NCBI GenBank assembly: GCA_038087875.1
Contig: JAXLNO010002882.1
Coordinates: 62,001 to 126,000 of the forward strand
Source: Malacoraja senta
Taxonomy: Eukaryota
DNA length: 64,000 nt
Direction: 5' to 3'
Part shown: positions 60,246 to 64,000 of the stretch, piece after piece
Layout: the number at the start of each line of letters is the position of its first letter
How positions within the stretch are numbered: position 1 is the first letter of the stretch
Position numbers and translations under genes: made by a program
The notes under the pieces: model-generated
Told to the model about the DNA's origin: nothing
Databases searched by the model: none
What the model saw: only the letters and a program-made list of their open reading frames with translations

Positions 60246-61162
60246 AAAGTTAGTCGGAAACGATCAGAGATAGAAATTCGTCGCAATTATCAGCAAACAT
60301 ATTTTGAACATTTACAGTTGCAAAATAGACTCAATCATCGCAAATGCTTTCCTGATTTGAAGTGCCTTTCTCAGTAACGTATTTCACAAGTTAATAAATG
60401 CACGTTGTAGGAGTAGAATTAGGCCATTCGGCCCATCGAATCTGCTCTGCTGTTCAACCATGGTTGATCTTTGCCTCCAAATTTCATGCCTTCTCCCCAT
60501 AACCCTTGACACCCGTTCTAGTCTCCTCGAAAGAAACACAACTGTCCCGGATTGTCACGTCCTTTCACATAGTATTTGATTTAACCCCCCAAAATGTGAA
60601 GTACTGGTTTCCAGATTATTGGAAGAATATAGGAAGAATATTTCCCCATTGAATGTCACACGCCCGACAGCTCTTCTGACCTGTAGAATACCTTTTCCTG
60701 TAATATATTCCTTCCAGCCTCATGTTTGAACAAACATGAACGATAGATCTGTTCCTTCTAATGTTGTCCAGATTTGAAATTCCATATTCCTCGCATCGCC
60801 CCAATATTACTCCTGCCATTATTGGAGGAATTATATTACCCCCATTTTTAAACCACCTTGTTAACAATACCCGAGGCGCAGCGAGGCACCCTACTATTAA
60901 CCAACCGCAGACCGTTGGCGAAATAGACTGGAATCTGCGATATTTTCAATGTGGCGAAATATTGAGGCCCATGCCTCTTCTTCTGCAGTTTTCTCGACAG
61001 GAATGGATTTTCGTTGGAAATTGGCAGCAGTTGGTACAAACTGTAACCTAACGGTCCCCACCATCTGGTTCGAACCTATCCGAGGGGACTGTGTTTAGTG
61101 TTCTTCGCACCGCGCCCTAAGAGGTGCCTGGAACATGAAAGAGACATATACCATGGGGGTAG

Positions 61163-63310
61163 AATTCAGATTCAGATTCAGATGCAACTTTATTGTCATT
61201 GTGCAGTTGTACAGTACAGAGACAACGAAATGCAGTTATCATCTCCTAGAAGAGCGATATAAATATGAGCAATATATAAATCTATTTACGTGCAGTATAG
61301 TCATAGTATTTTTCCTGGTGGGAGGTAGTGTCCGGGGTGGGGGGGTGATTGACAGTCACCGAGGGTACAGTGTTGAGTAGTGTAACAGCCGCAGGGAAGA
61401 AGGCTGTTCCTGGACCTGCTGGTCGGCAACGGAGAGACCTGTAGCGCCTCCCGGATGGTAGGAGGGTAAACAGTCTGTGGGTTGGGGGTGAGAGCAGTCC
61501 TTGGCGATGCTGAGCGCCCTTCGCAGACAAACGCTTGCTTTGGACAGACTCAATGGAGGGGAGTGAGGACCGGTGATGAGTTGGGCAGTTTTCACCACCC
61601 GGTGCAGTTGGTAAGGATGCTCTCGATGGTGCAGCGGTAGAAGTTCACCAGAATCTGAGGAGACAGATGGCCCTTCTTTAGTCTCCTCAGGAAGAAGAGA
61701 CGCTGGTGAGCCTTCTTGACCAGAGTTGAGGTGTTGTGGGTCCAGGAGAGGTCATCGGAGATGTTGACCCCCAGGAACCTGAAGCTGGAAACACGATCCA
61801 CCTCCGTCCCGTTAATGTGGATGGGGGTGTGCGTGCCGCTCCTAGACCCCCTGAAGTCTACAATGAGCTCCTTGGTCTTCTTGGAGTTAAGGGCCAGGTT
61901 GTTGTCAGCGCACCATGCTGCTAGGAGCTGGACCTTCTCCCTATAGGCCGACTCATCGTTGTTGCTGATGAGGCCAATCACCGTTGTATCATGTGCATAC
62001 TTGATGATGTTGACAGTACCATGTACAGGTGTGCAATCGTAGGTGAAGAGGGAGTAGAGGAGGGGGCTCAGCACACAGCCCTGTGGAACGCCGGTGTTCA
62101 GTGTGAGGGTTCAAGAGGTGTAGTTGTCTAACCTAACAGACTGTGGTCTGTTGGTTAGAAAGTCCAGTATCCAGGTGCAGAGGGAGGGGTCGATGCCCAG
62201 TTCACCGAGTTTGGTGATCAGTTTAGAGGGCATGATGGTGTTGAATGCTGAGCTGTAATCGATGAACAGCATTCTTACGTAAGTGTCTCTGTTGCCGAGG
62301 TGGGTGAGGGCGGAGTGAAGTGCCGTTGAGATGGCATCCTCCGTACTCCTGTTCTTGCGGTAGGCAAACTGATAGGGATCCAATGTGGGGGATAGGCAGC
62401 CTTTGAGGTGTGCCAGGACCAGCCTCTCGAAGCACTTGGAGATGATGGGAGTAAGTGCAACTAGGCGGAAGTCGTTGAGGCTTGCCGCAGTGGAGTGTTT
62501 TGGCACCGGCACGATGGAGGTGGATTTAAGGCACGTGGGCACAACTGCTTGGTCAAGTGTCATGTTGAAGATGTCAGTCCAGACGTCTGTCAGCTGCGCA
62601 GCATAGGCCCTGAGGATGCGCCCGGGGATGCCGTCATGGCCAGCAGCCTTACGTGCATTAACCCTACTCAGTGCCACGTACACGTCGTAGGGGGTGAGTG
62701 TGAGGGGCTGGTGATCAGCAGGGAGCACCGCCTTGATGGCCATCTCTAGATTGTCCCTGTCAAAGCGGCCATAAAAGTGGTTAAGCTCCTCAAGGAAGGA
62801 GGCGTTGCTGGATGTGGGGGTGGTGTTGGTGGGTCTAAAGTCCGTGATGACCTGGATGCCTTGCCACATGCGTCGGGGGTCGGAGTTGTTGTTGAAGTGC
62901 TCCTCAATCCTGAGCTTATGGCAGTGCTTGGCCTTCTTTATGCCCCTCTTCAGGGTAGCCCTGGTTGAACTGTAGGCTCGGGCATCCTGACCTGTAGGAT
63001 CGGGCAGCCTGGCCTGAAAGCGGTGTCCCGTGCTTTGAGCAGCAGCCTGATCTCGCTTTTCATCCATGGCTTCTGATTCGGGAATGTGGTCACCTGTTTG
63101 AGGGAGGTGACACTGTTGATGGTGGAGTTTATAAAGGTCCAGAACAGAGGATGTATAGGAGTCAATGTCCGTGTGGGAGTCAAGGGTGGCCCTGGCTGCA
63201 AACGCCTTCCAGTCAGTGTTTCCAAAACACTGCTGAAGTGTGGAGTCCGCCTCCTCTGACCAGACTTTAACAGTCCACACAGTGGGTTTAACCCGTCTGA
63301 ATGGGAGAGC
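61163..63310 (-). mobile_element. Rex1/Babar-clade LINE, 5'-truncated and frameshifted
   Basis: RT motifs FRLVALTPIISKCFERLV, LDPYQFAYR, FIDYSSAFNTI, LSPLLYSLFT, KYAHDTT (YADD mutated), DESAYRE; (ATCTGA)n tail at ~61165-61182. Confidence 0.85.
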
Positions 63311-63518
63311 ATGAGAGGGAAATAGATACGCAGAGTAAATGATTCAGAAGCCAATGATGAGCGACAACGAAATGGAGGGGTGATGTACGTTCTGAGATAG
63401 TGGGAGTGAGGAGAGTGAGAGGAGGGAAGGAGAGATATTGAGCGTTCGAAAAGGAGAGGGACTAAGAGAGAACGCAGAGACAGTGTGCGCGCGCGTGTGT
63501 GTGTGTGTGTGAGAGAGC

Positions 63519-63574
<56 letters not shown>

Positions 63575-63722
63575 TCCAATTAGCGCACGTAAAGTAAGAA
63601 GGCATGTGTCCAAATTGCGTCAGTGGTAAGCACCCAATCGTACAGGAGGATAAACCCCTTGGTCTCCCCGAAAGAAACAAAACTGTCCCGGATTGTCACG
63701 TCCTCTCACATATACCGGAGGC

Positions 63723-64000
63723 ATGAACGCATTCGAACTATTTCCTTCTTCCACAGGTGTTAACAAACCACAGGCCATGAAAACCCTCTGGTCCACGCTG
63801 ATAATAATGTTCGTGTTTCCAGGTGAGTCTATGTTGCAATGGTGCATGAGCGGACCGTGGCTTTGATATAGTCCCAGACTGCTGATTGTCTATGTGGGTT
63901 TGTTTTAGGAGCCTGTGGAGATGATTCGATGTCCCAGTATCCACCTCAAATGACGGCTGAGGAAGGACAGACGGTAACACTGGAACTGCAGTTATCCTGC
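63723..64000 (+). other. TRAV/TRDV: Family E copy 8, partial (leader 63723 or 63777 to 63822, V exon from 63909, cut by the window end); apparent +1 G before Cys23
   Basis: MKTLWSTLIIMFVFP|gtgagt; ACACTGGAACTGC versus ACACTGAACTGC in paralogs. Confidence 0.75.

Noticed and set aside
1-64000. IgH-like or IgNAR V genes, or D, J or C segments
   Set aside because: All V domains have TCR alpha/delta-type frameworks. I saw no octamer promoters, FGxG J motifs with 12-RSS, or constant exons.

Overview
Vertebrate genomic DNA from the V-gene region of a T-cell receptor alpha/delta locus. It is most likely from an elasmobranch (skate, ray or shark), judged from the V protein sequences and the repeat families. 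I find 27 V-related segments, all on the + strand, in six families that I label A-F. Each complete gene has a phase-1 leader exon (46 nt from the proximal ATG in most), an intron and a ~300-nt V exon. 24 segments end in a recombination signal CACACTG-23 bp-ACAAAAAC(C/T/G). About 19 look open, including one whose leader lies outside the window; the rest are pseudogenes, fragments or cut by the window edge. No D, J or C segment is seen. The array is built from nested tandem duplications: A-Bpsi-C-D units (~8.4 kb without the LINE), A-B-F-(E-leader/D) units (~10 kb) and an E-family array of 1.76 kb period. Repeats include a 5'-truncated CR1 LINE with an intact ORF2, many CR1 fragments, tRNA-derived V-SINE-like elements, Rex1/Babar fragments and Penelope-like 3' ends. 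Main leads: (1) a same-orientation CTCF-like motif 22-31 bp after every RSS nonamer; (2) a U_UUA_AAC slippery site at the CR1 ORF1/ORF2 junction; (3) chimeric V genes with an E promoter/leader on a D exon; (4) two in-frame start codons with reciprocal losses; (5) two independent CR1 insertions at the same paralogous site. All coordinates were counted by hand; repeat boundaries are approximate.
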